Under the pieces are notes generated by a model, which searched no databases, was not told the DNA's origin, and saw nothing but the letters and a program-made list of their open reading frames with translations. The position numbers were made by a program, and so were the translations under genes. A stretch of DNA of 64,000 nt from a virus. Below, piece by piece: positions 31,458 through 42,300 of this stretch (positions within the stretch are counted from its first letter, which is position 1; each line of letters opens with the position of its first letter). The stretch lies in IMG/VR virus record IMGVR_UViG_3300027969_000042, positions 32,001 through 96,000 of that record; one strand, 5' to 3'.

Positions 31458-31973
31458 GTTTTCTCCATAACTTAAAGTACTTTTCTTATACCAAAGTATC
31501 CAATAAAGTACTGTAAATAAAGATCCAAATGGTGTTTTTAAATCAGAGTAGTATCTAATAATAAAATCAATAACATGTCCAAAAATCATTATAAAAAGAA
31601 ATAAGATAAACATCTTATCAAGTTTTTTAGAGTAAAGTGATCTTTTAATATTGTTGATATGTTGTTTTTTTATAAAAAATCTACTAGTCAGATCTTGTAA
31701 CTTTTCGTCTCTACTACAAGACGTACACATTTTAAAATCTTCTGATCTTTCATTCTGTGAAACCCTTGTAAATATACCACTAAGTTGATTAAATTTATTT
31801 ACTTGATTTTGTTCTATATCTGGTATAATATCTTGTTTACAAGAATAACATTTGATACCTTGTTGTACATCAAATGTTATTAGTGTTTTTTTCTTACGTA
31901 ATCGAAATAATAAAACTGATACAATAATCATTACTAATAATGACATTAAAGTAAAAAAGAAAGATACTGTCAT
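31440..31973 (-). CDS. Membrane protein with CxxC...CxxC zinc ribbon
   Basis: N-terminal TM helix, CYSC/CTSC pairs, two C-terminal TM helices. Confidence 0.7.
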   Translation of the reverse strand: MTVSFFFTLMSLLVMIIVSVLLFRLRKKKTLITFDVQQGIKCYSCKQDIIPDIEQNQVNKFNQLSGIFTRVSQNERSEDFKMCTSCSRDEKLQDLTSRFFIKKQHINNIKRSLYSKKLDKMFILFLFIMIFGHVIDFIIRYYSDLKTPFGSLFTVLYWILWYKKSTLSYGENKKPSN

Positions 31974-32425
31974 TATGCTAAAATTAGTTCTAAAAACTTA
32001 TCACGTTTTTCTTGTTTAGAGAGCTTTTTAAGACAACTTGGTCCTAATCCATTCTCTATACTAGATGGTACTGTTAAAGCTTTACCACACTTCCCACATT
32101 TACCCTCGTGCCATATCTCAACAAAATCTTGAAGAGTATTCATTCTTAATCTATTAAGAATATAATTAAAAACTTTTACAGATTGTGCATCTGTTGAAAT
32201 AACAGATTTCTTAGAATGTTTAAAGTATCCATTGGCACAAGTTCCAATATAAGTATAAGTTTCTGGTCCAGATAAAACCTTAACAAAAAATAGATTACTA
32301 GTTTTTGATAGTTTTAAAGAGAATGTAAATCGATTATCAGTTTGAGTATTGATAACGGTAAATGTTGATTTACCTGCAAAAATAAATTTAAGTGCATCAG
32401 AATGATTTAGTTTCTTACCTGTCAT
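31973..32425 (-). CDS. DUF6011-like zinc-finger protein
   Basis: HEGKCGKCGKALTVPSSIENGLGPSC; likely start MTGKK at 32425 behind TATATTTG (32442-32449). Confidence 0.75.
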   Translation of the reverse strand: MTGKKLNHSDALKFIFAGKSTFTVINTQTDNRFTFSLKLSKTSNLFFVKVLSGPETYTYIGTCANGYFKHSKKSVISTDAQSVKVFNYILNRLRMNTLQDFVEIWHEGKCGKCGKALTVPSSIENGLGPSCLKKLSKQEKRDKFLELILA

Positions 32426-32509
32426 AGTTTTATTATTTCTACAAATATACAACAATTATTTTAAATAAAAAAATAAAAAAGGAAAACATGTGGCATTACT
32501 ATATAGTTT

Positions 32510-33235
32510 ATGGAATATAACATTATAGCAATTGACCCATCTCTTATTTCAACCGCATTGGTTGTTTCATCCGGAGATACATTTAAGATTTACAACTATT
32601 GTAGAGAGAATAAAGTCTTTGGTAAAAAAGGAATCACAAAGTGGTTTGGTTTTGCAGAAGAATTTATAACTTATAAATTTATTGAGTACCGTGAATATAA
32701 AGATTATTCAGAAGGAGAATTAGTAAAATTAAAAGATTATGATAAAATTAGTGATACAATTATTACTGATATATTAGAAAATATAGATCCTAAAAAACCA
32801 ACTAAGATTGGAATTGAAGGTTACTCATTCTCATCTGCGGCAGGAGATATTATTGATTTAGTTACTTTTTCAACTATTTTAAGAAAGAAACTATTTGATA
32901 AAATATCAGAAGACATTTTTGTTCTTTCACCTTCTACATTAAAATTAGAATCTTGTAAATTGACTTATGCTCCTATCATTAAAGAGATAGGTAAAAAGAA
33001 AATTACTATTAAAGAAGAATGGAGAAATCCACTTGGAATACCCGGAGGAAAATTCACTAAAACAGACATGTTCTTAGCGATTGTTGATAATGATTGTTTA
33101 GATGATTATTGGGCTAAACATTGTAAGTCTACTAAAACTGACATATTAGAACCTAAACAGATACAGAAACCTTATGAAGATGTGAATGATGCTTACTTAA
33201 TTTATATGGTATTAAAAAAAGAAAACCAATCTTAA
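32510..33235 (+). CDS. RuvC-like (RNase H fold) nuclease / Holliday junction resolvase
   Basis: IIAIDPSL, IGIEGYS, DVNDAY acidic pattern. Confidence 0.7.
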   Translation: MEYNIIAIDPSLISTALVVSSGDTFKIYNYCRENKVFGKKGITKWFGFAEEFITYKFIEYREYKDYSEGELVKLKDYDKISDTIITDILENIDPKKPTKIGIEGYSFSSAAGDIIDLVTFSTILRKKLFDKISEDIFVLSPSTLKLESCKLTYAPIIKEIGKKKITIKEEWRNPLGIPGGKFTKTDMFLAIVDNDCLDDYWAKHCKSTKTDILEPKQIQKPYEDVNDAYLIYMVLKKENQS

Positions 33236-33248
33236 TGATTGGTTTTTT
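33222..33248. terminator. Bidirectional terminator
   Basis: AAAACCAATC-ttaat-GATTGGTTTT. Confidence 0.8.
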
Positions 33249-33253
33249 ACTTT

Positions 33254-35332
33254 TTATGAATTTCTTTCTTTTAATTCTTTTAAAAATTTCAAAGTTTCTG
33301 CTTTAGTTTGATCACTACTCATTCTAGCAATTTCTACCCATTCAAACAAATCCTTCCATTCTTTTTCATTGTATTTCTTATAAACACCACTTTTCTCAAA
33401 GTACTCTAAACATTCTGTTCTACCATAGTCAGTTGCCCATTTAGTAATCATACCTCCCTTATTTAAAAGTGTTTGAACAACATCTTTTCTTTCAAGGTAT
33501 TTCATCATCATTAAGAATGATTCCCAATATGGTTCTCCTTTTTTCTTAGCAGCTGGATAACCAGGCATTTGTTCGTAATTACCTTGGAAACATTTTCTAA
33601 GTGGCATATTATGGCTAAACAATGGATCTAAACCTGCAGTTAAACAATAATCTAATGCTTCTGTATCAGGAACAACACTTTTAAATACATCACTAGTCAT
33701 CTCTGAACCATAATCAACTAAAAGTTTAATCATATTAAGATTGGTTGCTTTTGAAATAGGAGCATCTTTTCCCTTTGCTAAGTTAGGTAATCCACCTAAT
33801 TTTAAAATCAATTCTACTTTTTCATAGTTATCTTCAGATACTGCATTAAATAAACATTTTGCATTATCCTTATTGATGTCTGCACCATATTCAGTAACAT
33901 ATTCAATAATTTTTGCCATACTTAAACCTGGCTTAACAATTTCTCTATTGGCTTCTTTAGCTTTTTGTCTTTTTCTAATTTCTTCACCATCCATTGGTAA
34001 GAAGAATCCCCATAGATCTTTATCAATATCATATTCTTTCTCCCATTTTTTTAGTATACCTTTAAATTGTTCTGTACCAACAGAGTGATCTGGTCTATTG
34101 TGACAAGCTCTAACTCTTTTTCCTGGTTCAATTGTAATACCAATTGTTGAAAAATCATCTCTTAATGGGACGTGGAAGTCATAAATATAATATTGTTTAT
34201 TATCATGATTTTCTACATATGAATCCCATTGATATTTAGTATCTTTAATACAGTGTGAAGTGTGTGCATTTACTATTTGATTTGCGGCAAATGAATTTAC
34301 TTCAATTATAAGAATACCATTTTCATTAAATACTTTTTCAACACCTGCTGCTCCTAATCTTGAGTTACAAGTAGTAATCAAATCATTAAATTTAGTAAAT
34401 CCATCCATCTCATAAGATGATAAGTGACCATTTGCTGCAATAATGAAAGCGTGTATATTTTCATATCTTCTTAGTGTTGATTGATAAACTATCTTACCAA
34501 ATGTTGGATTTGGAGTACCATCTGGTTTTAAAGGTCTTGTATCTGGTGACATTCTACCAAAGAAATCATCCCAAACATGTTTTTTCTTTGCCTCATCAAC
34601 TGTACCATCATCTTTTAATCCTAATTGTTCAAAACCAACTGCAACAGATAAAAATCTACTCTTATTTAAGTCAGAAGCTTCATCATATGACTTTTTTAAC
34701 TCTGGAGTTAAAGTATCATACATTTTTTTAATTTTTCTTGATTCCTCTAATCTATCTAATCCATCAGTTAGTAACTCTATGTTATTAAACACATTTTCAT
34801 TTATAAAATTGGCATCAAATTGTATTTTAGTAAAAACACCTTTATCTTTTTCGATTGTAAGATTTTGTAAAATATCTTTATTTTGTAATAATCTTCTATA
34901 AACTACTGATAAATCTTCTAATGGAACATTTTCAAAATAGTAGAAGTAAGTAAAGTTAGATAACCAACCGATATTATCTCTATCTAATTGAAATTCTTTT
35001 TCACCTTTTGGACCTTTAACTTTTGTCTTTAATGTTCTTACTGCAGTAAATTCAGGTGTCTTATCAAATGTTTTAAGAAGTTCTGGAGTAACTGAAATAT
35101 CTCTCAATTTCATCTTAATTCTCTCTCTTGCTTCTGGTTGGAAGTCAATCAATCTAACTGATCTAATTTCTTTATGATCAATTTGTAAACCTAATTCACC
35201 TTGAAGTAAATTAAGTTCTTTTGCTGCAGTTAGTAAAGTATATCTTTCTTTTAAGAATTTCTTAGCTTTGTCTAAGTTCTCATTTAAAGTATCTGTGTTT
35301 AAAAACTGGTTATATTTAAAAAGCTTCATCAA
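33254..35332 (-). CDS. Large protein with C-terminal ankyrin-like repeats and CTS-like N-terminus
   Basis: YGADIN..CLFNAV..VELILKLGG, IKLLVDYG; N-terminus MMKLFKYNQFLNTDTLNE. Confidence 0.7.
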   Translation of the reverse strand: MMKLFKYNQFLNTDTLNENLDKAKKFLKERYTLLTAAKELNLLQGELGLQIDHKEIRSVRLIDFQPEARERIKMKLRDISVTPELLKTFDKTPEFTAVRTLKTKVKGPKGEKEFQLDRDNIGWLSNFTYFYYFENVPLEDLSVVYRRLLQNKDILQNLTIEKDKGVFTKIQFDANFINENVFNNIELLTDGLDRLEESRKIKKMYDTLTPELKKSYDEASDLNKSRFLSVAVGFEQLGLKDDGTVDEAKKKHVWDDFFGRMSPDTRPLKPDGTPNPTFGKIVYQSTLRRYENIHAFIIAANGHLSSYEMDGFTKFNDLITTCNSRLGAAGVEKVFNENGILIIEVNSFAANQIVNAHTSHCIKDTKYQWDSYVENHDNKQYYIYDFHVPLRDDFSTIGITIEPGKRVRACHNRPDHSVGTEQFKGILKKWEKEYDIDKDLWGFFLPMDGEEIRKRQKAKEANREIVKPGLSMAKIIEYVTEYGADINKDNAKCLFNAVSEDNYEKVELILKLGGLPNLAKGKDAPISKATNLNMIKLLVDYGSEMTSDVFKSVVPDTEALDYCLTAGLDPLFSHNMPLRKCFQGNYEQMPGYPAAKKKGEPYWESFLMMMKYLERKDVVQTLLNKGGMITKWATDYGRTECLEYFEKSGVYKKYNEKEWKDLFEWVEIARMSSDQTKAETLKFLKELKERNS

Positions 35333-35344
35333 TTTAATTTATTT

Positions 35345-37069
35345 TTATCTTCTTGTATGTTGGTTTTCGTTTATTCTTTCTATTTCTTTTAAATAGATTT
35401 CTGCGCCTTCTTTAAGAAACTTAGTAAGTCTTTCAACTTCCTTGTAATCCCCTTCATCTAAAGCAGCATCTACAAGTTCTTGAATATCTTTTTGTCTCAT
35501 TTTTGATAGATCTTCATCAGAATATGTTCCGTCATCTTCCGCTGGAGTTTCTTGTATACCTTCTTCTCCAGCCATTTCAGGCACTTCTGGTTCATCATAA
35601 TTAGTTTTAGGTCCAAATCGTTGTTCCATCTCCCATTCTCTTAGAGAACGTTCGTAATCTTCTTCAGTCTCAACAACATGATCAATAAGTTTCTCTACTA
35701 CTTTTTTCGCTTCTGATTGATTAAATCTTTCTGCGTTTATAAAGAATACTAATTTACCTGCTTCCATCTTTTTATCAAAAACAGAAAATAAACTATTGAA
35801 AACTTCTAAGAATTTATTATCAGATAAAGCAAGATCCGCATCTTTCTTAATAATAGCACCTAGATCTTTATCAGTCTTAGAAATTTCTATTGCTTTTGCA
35901 GTTAGTTTATCTTTATCATTGGCTAAAAGTCTAAATATTCTAGTTCTCATTTGTTTATACTTTTGAGAATCTTTACAAGCATTTACAAAATCATTAAACA
36001 TTGCTTGTGCTGTTACACCATATCTAAAATCTTGTGCCTCATCCATAAATGATGAAGTTGCTGCTTTTACTTTTTTAGCAAACTCTTTATCTTTTTTAAT
36101 AGCAGCAGATTGAATCAATAAGTAAATACCTTTAACTGTTTCGTGAATCAACATTGGGAAATCAACACCAACTGCTTTAATAGTAATTTTATTAAAATTT
36201 TGGTTTTCTTTCAATAGTTCAATTGAAAATACACTATTATTTACACTCTCCCAAGTAACATCTGTTGCACCAGCCATTCCACCTGGATTATTACTCATCA
36301 TTGATGCTTTATTGGCAACTGGAATAACCCAGTCCATTTTATCAGCTGTATCGGACATATCTGACCAAATTCTTAAAATTCTACCACCATTTGCACCAAA
36401 TATTTGTTGTAAACCATTTTCAACAAGTGGTGAGAACTTAATAATATCTTTAGTTGCTTTACCTTCACCTTGAGTCAACATATTAAGAATCTTCTTCTTT
36501 AATGAAGCAGTCAAAACATTACCAGTTATATCTTCTGGTTCTTCCGTATTTTCTTCAGCACCTTCAACACTAGAGCAAGATCCATCTGCACAATCATCAT
36601 CTTGTTGATCTTGTTCAGTTTGTTCTTCTTCATCTTCTTCGTGAGTATCATCTGCACGTGGTGGTCTAGCATTTTGTGGAACATCTCTTAAATCAGAGAT
36701 TTGTCTTATAACTTCATTAGGATTTACTAATCTTATATCAAGTTCAACTGGTTTTGCAGATGATTCAAGTATTTCACCGTACTCATCCATAATAACATCT
36801 TTTGCTAAGTTTTGAAGTGCATCAAGTCTTGCTTGCATTTGTTCTCTACCTAATTGTCTACCATCTGGTCCTTGCATCATTAGTTGCATAGATTGGTTCA
36901 TCAATTGTTGAAATTGTGGCCAAATATTTCTCATTTGGCTTTCATCATCAATTCTTACACCTAAATTTCTTCCGGCTTCTTCTTCTGAATTTCTCATGAA
37001 ATCATCTGGAATACCTCTATTTCCTCTTAAATCGATTTCTTCTTTTATAAAGTCTGAAAATTTTCTCAT
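35345..37069 (-). CDS. Hypothetical protein with CTS-like N-terminus and UVR-like C-terminus
   Basis: MRKFSDFIKEE; IHETVKG; LVDAALDEGDYKEVERL. Confidence 0.7.
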   Translation of the reverse strand: MRKFSDFIKEEIDLRGNRGIPDDFMRNSEEEAGRNLGVRIDDESQMRNIWPQFQQLMNQSMQLMMQGPDGRQLGREQMQARLDALQNLAKDVIMDEYGEILESSAKPVELDIRLVNPNEVIRQISDLRDVPQNARPPRADDTHEEDEEEQTEQDQQDDDCADGSCSSVEGAEENTEEPEDITGNVLTASLKKKILNMLTQGEGKATKDIIKFSPLVENGLQQIFGANGGRILRIWSDMSDTADKMDWVIPVANKASMMSNNPGGMAGATDVTWESVNNSVFSIELLKENQNFNKITIKAVGVDFPMLIHETVKGIYLLIQSAAIKKDKEFAKKVKAATSSFMDEAQDFRYGVTAQAMFNDFVNACKDSQKYKQMRTRIFRLLANDKDKLTAKAIEISKTDKDLGAIIKKDADLALSDNKFLEVFNSLFSVFDKKMEAGKLVFFINAERFNQSEAKKVVEKLIDHVVETEEDYERSLREWEMEQRFGPKTNYDEPEVPEMAGEEGIQETPAEDDGTYSDEDLSKMRQKDIQELVDAALDEGDYKEVERLTKFLKEGAEIYLKEIERINENQHTRR

Positions 37070-37070
37070 A

Positions 37071-37259
37071 TTATTTAAAGTAATTATTTATTTGTTGTTT
37101 CTCGTCTTTTGGTAGATCTTTGTAAAGTCTTGTAAATCTATCAATAACATCAACTTCTGATGCTTCTAATATATCTTCTGTTGAAATTGGTTTTACTGGT
37201 GCAATAGGTGCAGCAGTAAGCTCTTCAGTAAACATTTTATATTTTTTTATAAATCCCAT
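37071..37259 (-). CDS. Small hypothetical protein with CTS-like N-terminus
   Basis: MGFIKKYKMFTEE; TAATATATA upstream. Confidence 0.65.
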   Translation of the reverse strand: MGFIKKYKMFTEELTAAPIAPVKPISTEDILEASEVDVIDRFTRLYKDLPKDEKQQINNYFK

Positions 37260-37340
37260 AATAATGTTATTAAATTTTAATATATATATTAAAAGTTATA
37301 TATCAAAAAATAATATATAAACAAAAAATAATAATTTATT

Positions 37341-37862
37341 ATGAAAAAGTTTTCTACTATAAGAAAAATCTACGAGCAAGAAGAAATGGTTCCTGCTAAT
37401 CTACCACAAGTAGATCAACCACAAGGAACTGAAGTTGTTAAAACTGAACAACCAGAACCACAACCACAAGAAGGTGAAAACGCAGGAAGTGCAGTTTCAC
37501 TTTTTTCTAAACTATTTGAATCAAGAGAAATGGCACATATCTATCACTTACAAGTAAATGGTGAACAAGGTTCTCACGCGGCACATACTGCATTAGGTGA
37601 GTACTATGATGAAGTTTTAGAGTTGTTGGACCAAACCATAGAAACTTACCAAGGTCAATATGGTATCATTGATGGTTATCAAACAATTGATACCGCAGCA
37701 ACAAGAACAAAAGAAAAAGTTGAATACTTTGAAGAATTGGTGGAATTTGTAAAACATTCTAGAAAGGCTATATCAGTAGAAGATACACACTTACAAAATA
37801 TAATTGATGAAATAGTTGGACTTATGTATAGAACTCTATACAAATTGAAATTTACTAAGTAA
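37341..37862 (+). CDS. Ferritin-like (DUF5856-type) protein
   Basis: AHIYHLQ..HAAHTALGEYYDE..D..IETYQG...LQNIIDEI...YKL four-helix diiron pattern. Confidence 0.75.
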   Translation: MKKFSTIRKIYEQEEMVPANLPQVDQPQGTEVVKTEQPEPQPQEGENAGSAVSLFSKLFESREMAHIYHLQVNGEQGSHAAHTALGEYYDEVLELLDQTIETYQGQYGIIDGYQTIDTAATRTKEKVEYFEELVEFVKHSRKAISVEDTHLQNIIDEIVGLMYRTLYKLKFTK

Positions 37863-37865
37863 AAT

Positions 37866-37893
37866 AAAAACCACTCAATTGAGTGGTTTTTTT
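37866..37893. terminator. Bidirectional terminator
   Basis: AAAAACCACTCAATTGAGTGGTTTTT palindrome. Confidence 0.85.
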
Positions 37894-38108
37894 ATATCTT
37901 GTGTTGTGTAAAAGTTATTATTTACTTTTTTAGTTGCATATCTACTTTTTATCATACTATCTGCGGATGGCATTCCAAGCAATCTTCTAATTTTACTTTT
38001 TCTAAAATAGTTCTTATATTGTATAGTAGTTATACTTTGTGCCATTACATAGGGTACATAAATGTAACCTGGATCTGCTGTTTCTTTTTCTTTTCTACCT
38101 ACTAACAT
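37875..38108 (-). CDS. Mini-protein resembling the C-terminal segment of the gp23-type major capsid protein
   Basis: LVGRK..DPGYIYVPYV...SRYATKKVNNNFY matches the gp23 pattern G.K....D.G..Y.PY...TRY. Confidence 0.6.
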   Translation of the reverse strand: MLVGRKEKETADPGYIYVPYVMAQSITTIQYKNYFRKSKIRRLLGMPSADSMIKSRYATKKVNNNFYTTQDIKKPLN

Positions 38109-38226
38109 TAAATAATCTTTTAATTTTATTTTTTCTATTTGTAGGTCTCATAGCTAACCACATTCTCCAACCAGTAGTATCATACTGATGATTATTAGTT
38201 CCTGGCCAACCCGCTGCAAATGACAT
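38095..38226 (-). CDS. Small hypothetical protein (43 aa)
   Basis: Hand-translated MSFAAGWPGTNNHQYDTTGWRMWLAMRPTNRKNKIKRLFNVSR*. Confidence 0.55.
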   Translation of the reverse strand: MSFAAGWPGTNNHQYDTTGWRMWLAMRPTNRKNKIKRLFNVSR

Positions 38227-38246
38227 AGTATTATACTATTTAATTA

Positions 38247-38564
38247 CTATTTGTTTTCTGTGTAAAGGTATTTCCTCCCGTCCACATTGTAAGAGTCTAA
38301 ATTATTCACAACTGTATCTAATTTATCAACACAGTCATCTAAATCTTTTTTAATAATCTGTAAAGCGGCAATTGAGTCATCTATTTGGTCATTACTCTTA
38401 GTGGAACTGTTTCTGTAGTTACTTAATTCAGTACCAAGTGCATCTATCTTTTTAGATCTATCTTCTATATTGGCGATGAAGTCTTTTAACTCATCCATAA
38501 TTTCTGTTATTCTTTCTGTTGATATATCTAATTGATCACTTTCAAAAAATCTTTTTATTTTCAT
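38247..38564 (-). CDS. Coiled-coil hypothetical protein with CTS-like N-terminus
   Basis: MKIKRFFES; heptad-rich. Confidence 0.7.
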   Translation of the reverse strand: MKIKRFFESDQLDISTERITEIMDELKDFIANIEDRSKKIDALGTELSNYRNSSTKSNDQIDDSIAALQIIKKDLDDCVDKLDTVVNNLDSYNVDGRKYLYTENK

Positions 38565-38599
38565 TTTATCGGATTATAATTTTAATATATATATTTAAT

Positions 38600-39283
38600 A
38601 TGAAAAGACAAAATAAACTAATTTTAGAATTTACTGAATTTAACTTACAAAGAATGAATTCAGATTCTGTTCAAGCATCTACACACGTTGATGATCCTTC
38701 ATTATCTATCAATGCTTTTGATAAGAATCAAGATATGATTAGACAAGCTATGTCACGTATCAATGACATTATGTATAATTTGAAGGGAACTAACGCATAT
38801 AAAGCTCTTAGAAGTAAATTGGCTCTAGAAGAACAGGATATTAAAAGATTAAAGGTTTTAAGAATAGTTAAATCAACTTCATTAAAATATGATATTTATA
38901 TAGCATTTACAATTGGTGAAGAAGAATATTGGGGAGTTTTAGAAGATATGATGTCAGGTTCACCTGACTTTACATCGGAAGTTTTTAAAGATGCTGATTT
39001 ATATCAACCTAAAGAATGGATTATTAAAATAAAAGGTTTAATTGTTAAAACATTAAAAACTTGGTTGAAACCAGATCCTGGAATGTATAGACTTTTAAAT
39101 GATGAAGTTCTTTGTTATTCTGTTGAAACTGGAAAACAATTAAGAATGGAAAAAGGAATTGAAATAGAATTGATTAGATCACATAATGATAAAATAGTTA
39201 TTAAACACAATTCTGATATATATAACTTAGTTGGAGATAATTATGTTTACTTCAATTGGTGGTTTGAAAAACTAGAAGAATAA
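38600..39283 (+). CDS. Hypothetical protein
   Basis: Likely start MKRQNKLILEFTEFN at 38600, behind TAATATATA. Confidence 0.7.
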   Translation: MKRQNKLILEFTEFNLQRMNSDSVQASTHVDDPSLSINAFDKNQDMIRQAMSRINDIMYNLKGTNAYKALRSKLALEEQDIKRLKVLRIVKSTSLKYDIYIAFTIGEEEYWGVLEDMMSGSPDFTSEVFKDADLYQPKEWIIKIKGLIVKTLKTWLKPDPGMYRLLNDEVLCYSVETGKQLRMEKGIEIELIRSHNDKIVIKHNSDIYNLVGDNYVYFNWWFEKLEE

Positions 39284-39311
39284 AAAAAAGAGACTTTGAA
39301 GTCTCTTTTTT
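39284..39311. terminator. Bidirectional terminator
   Basis: AAAAAAGAGACTT-tg-AAGTCTCTTTTTT. Confidence 0.85.
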
Positions 39312-39314
39312 GTT

Positions 39315-42300
39315 TTATGGTATAAAATCAATTTTTATTTCATATGCTTGTGCACCACCACTTAACGCTCCTAAGGTTCCACTATATGTACAATTAAACA
39401 TTTTATACGGCGCAGGAATCCCTAATTTTGTCACATTATAACCTCTAGTAACCCATTGAGTATTACCTAAAGTACCTGCATTAGCGATCATGTAGCTTTT
39501 CCCGTTTATTAAACTAGTAATAGGTATATATATTACGTATATAAACTGTGAACCTCTTTGTAATTGGAAATTAACACTTACTGCAGTTGCTACCGAATCA
39601 AATCTTTGTAATGTATTAACTACTTGAGAACCGATTGTATTTATAGTTGATACTCCATTTGAGTTTGTTAGATCTACAAAATAAGGATCATATCTAATAT
39701 CCTGTAAAACATTATTTTTGAAAGTAAATACTCCATTAAACTTTCCACCATTTGCAACTCCTGTTTGTACTGATGAGCTCCAACCAACCGCAGGATTCCA
39801 TTGACAACCCCATCTTTGATCAACAGTACCACTCCAATTTTCACCTCCATTACCCCCTAATATCGTTGGAGCACCAGTTGTTGATGTTTGAACTAGATTA
39901 TATGCACTAAAATATAAACTAGTACAATTTAACATATCAACATATGCAACTCCTGATGTTCTTTTATCGAATAAGTTTACTGAAGGTCCACCTAATCTAC
40001 AATTTCTAAATATAAAGATAGGAGTAGAACCAGTTATTCTACCATATCCGCCACCGATAGTAGTACCATCCGCATTTAAAGGATCCCAAAATTGTTTAGT
40101 TAGGTCGGGTTCAACAATAAAATAACTTTTACGTGTACCACTGGATACACTAATCTTTGCATCGAAAAATCTAATCAAACCGCCCTTTGCATAATAACAG
40201 TCGTTATCATGTAGATATCCAACTGGAACTGCTGGATATCCAGTTGATCCAAATAAATTATCAGTTAATTGACCAGTACCTACACCTTTAGTAAATTCTA
40301 TTTTTGATTTTCCACCAATCATATAGATACCTTGATATCTGGTAGTTACATTACATGTAACATTAATACCAATATGTCCATCATTATTATATCCTATAAC
40401 AGAAGGTCCCCCGGGACGTTCCGGATGAGTCGACACTAAATTATTATTCTCATCTAGATTAAATAGAAATAAATTATCATTCTGTTGTCTTGATGGACCA
40501 TAAGGACCACTTGATGGTACAATCGGTTTATATAGAGAAAGTATACTTCCCTCACCACTAAGATTTATTTGATGGTAATCACCACTATAATTAGTAGTTG
40601 AAATATCACTACCACTACATCTAAATCCTCTACCACCTTTGTAGGATACACTGGCACCACCTTCATAATTATAACCCGGTTGACCGGATATACCCGGTAT
40701 TAGGCTACCTCTTATTTCAAGTTGACAATCTTTATCAATTGATATATCAACCTGTGCACCTATATACGCTTTTGGACCATTTGGATCGGATGTTGGATTA
40801 GTTACTGGATCATACGTTGGCCAAGTAGACCATTGCCATGTGAATAATTTTCCGGGTGCAAATTTAACAGTGTCATCTAAATCAATTAAATATCCAGTAG
40901 TCGTAGATATTAGATTAGTACATTCTATTTTTAAACGAAGAAATCTATAGTTGAAATCACCACCATAGAAATAAGTTGTTTTACCTTGTATTGTTATTGT
41001 TTCATATGCATATGATGGATACCATCTATTCCCACCGGTTGTACCAAACTCATTTTCATAGAAATCCATACCATTTTGAATTGCACTATTTTGTATAGTA
41101 CCAACTAATGAACCTGGTACTCCCGGTGTACCTAAGTTATATTTTATACTATTAGTAAATGGTCTTGCCTGTGTTCCATCACCTCTATAATATCCTGTTG
41201 CACTTAGAAATCTACCTGCAATTGCACCGGGTAGATTTTGTTGATCATATGCTCTTTTCCAATCATCATAAGTTGGTATATAAGTAACATTTACATATAA
41301 AGCTCTCGATGAACCAGCCTCAGGAGATTCAATTACTAAATTATCTGATGAATCAACAGATACTTTTAATGTATCTGATTTTATTCTACGAAATTCGTGA
41401 TTTGCACCAATAAGGCCTTTGTAAACTGGAGTTCCATCAGTTGAACCAACACTTCGTGCATTAAGTTCTAATCTAACACTACCACCACCGGTATTTCCAT
41501 CAGTGATGGAAAGTCCAGTTGATACTAAACTAAAAAATTCATATAATTGACTTGATGTGTTAGTTCCACTATATAACGAAATTGCACCTGAGTTACCAAG
41601 TCCTAAACTATTAGGAGAATAAACTGGCGCGACATTTAATATATCTTGCCATGAAGTTGTTAAGTTACTACCATTTGTAGTAAGTACATATCTAGGATTT
41701 GTATTTGTTGGACTAGAGTTTGCAGGACCTAGAGTATTAGTATTAATCCATTGTAGTTGTAATCTACCACCACTTCCTGGTCCACCATTAATATTTTGTG
41801 CATTTATATTATGAATATACGATCCGTTTCCTACAAATCCATTATTTGTTCTTATACGACCTTCTACGTGTAATCCGTATTTTATACTAGCAGAAGAATC
41901 AGCAAGTTGAGGAGTTCCCGCACCACCAGAATTATTAGGATTTGTACCACCAGTAACCAATCCTGTAGTAAGATTTACCACCGAAACATGGTCATAGTCA
42001 TCATATAGTAAACTCTTTGTTAAAACAGTTCCAGTATCATAGAACTTTGTTACATAATTTCGATAACCACCTGAAGGAGTAAATGTAGGACTTCCTGAAC
42101 CGAATACTGACGCACCTGTTAGATTTTCATTTGACCAAGTTGTACCAGTCCAAACATAAGGTAGATTAGCATTGAAATCCCATATTCTAAGACCTGGATA
42201 TACAAATCCCATATTAGAGCTTATATCATCTCTATACGCATAGAAAGGTGTTGGATATATACTACCAGTACCACCTGGTATTGACTGAGATCCAACAACA

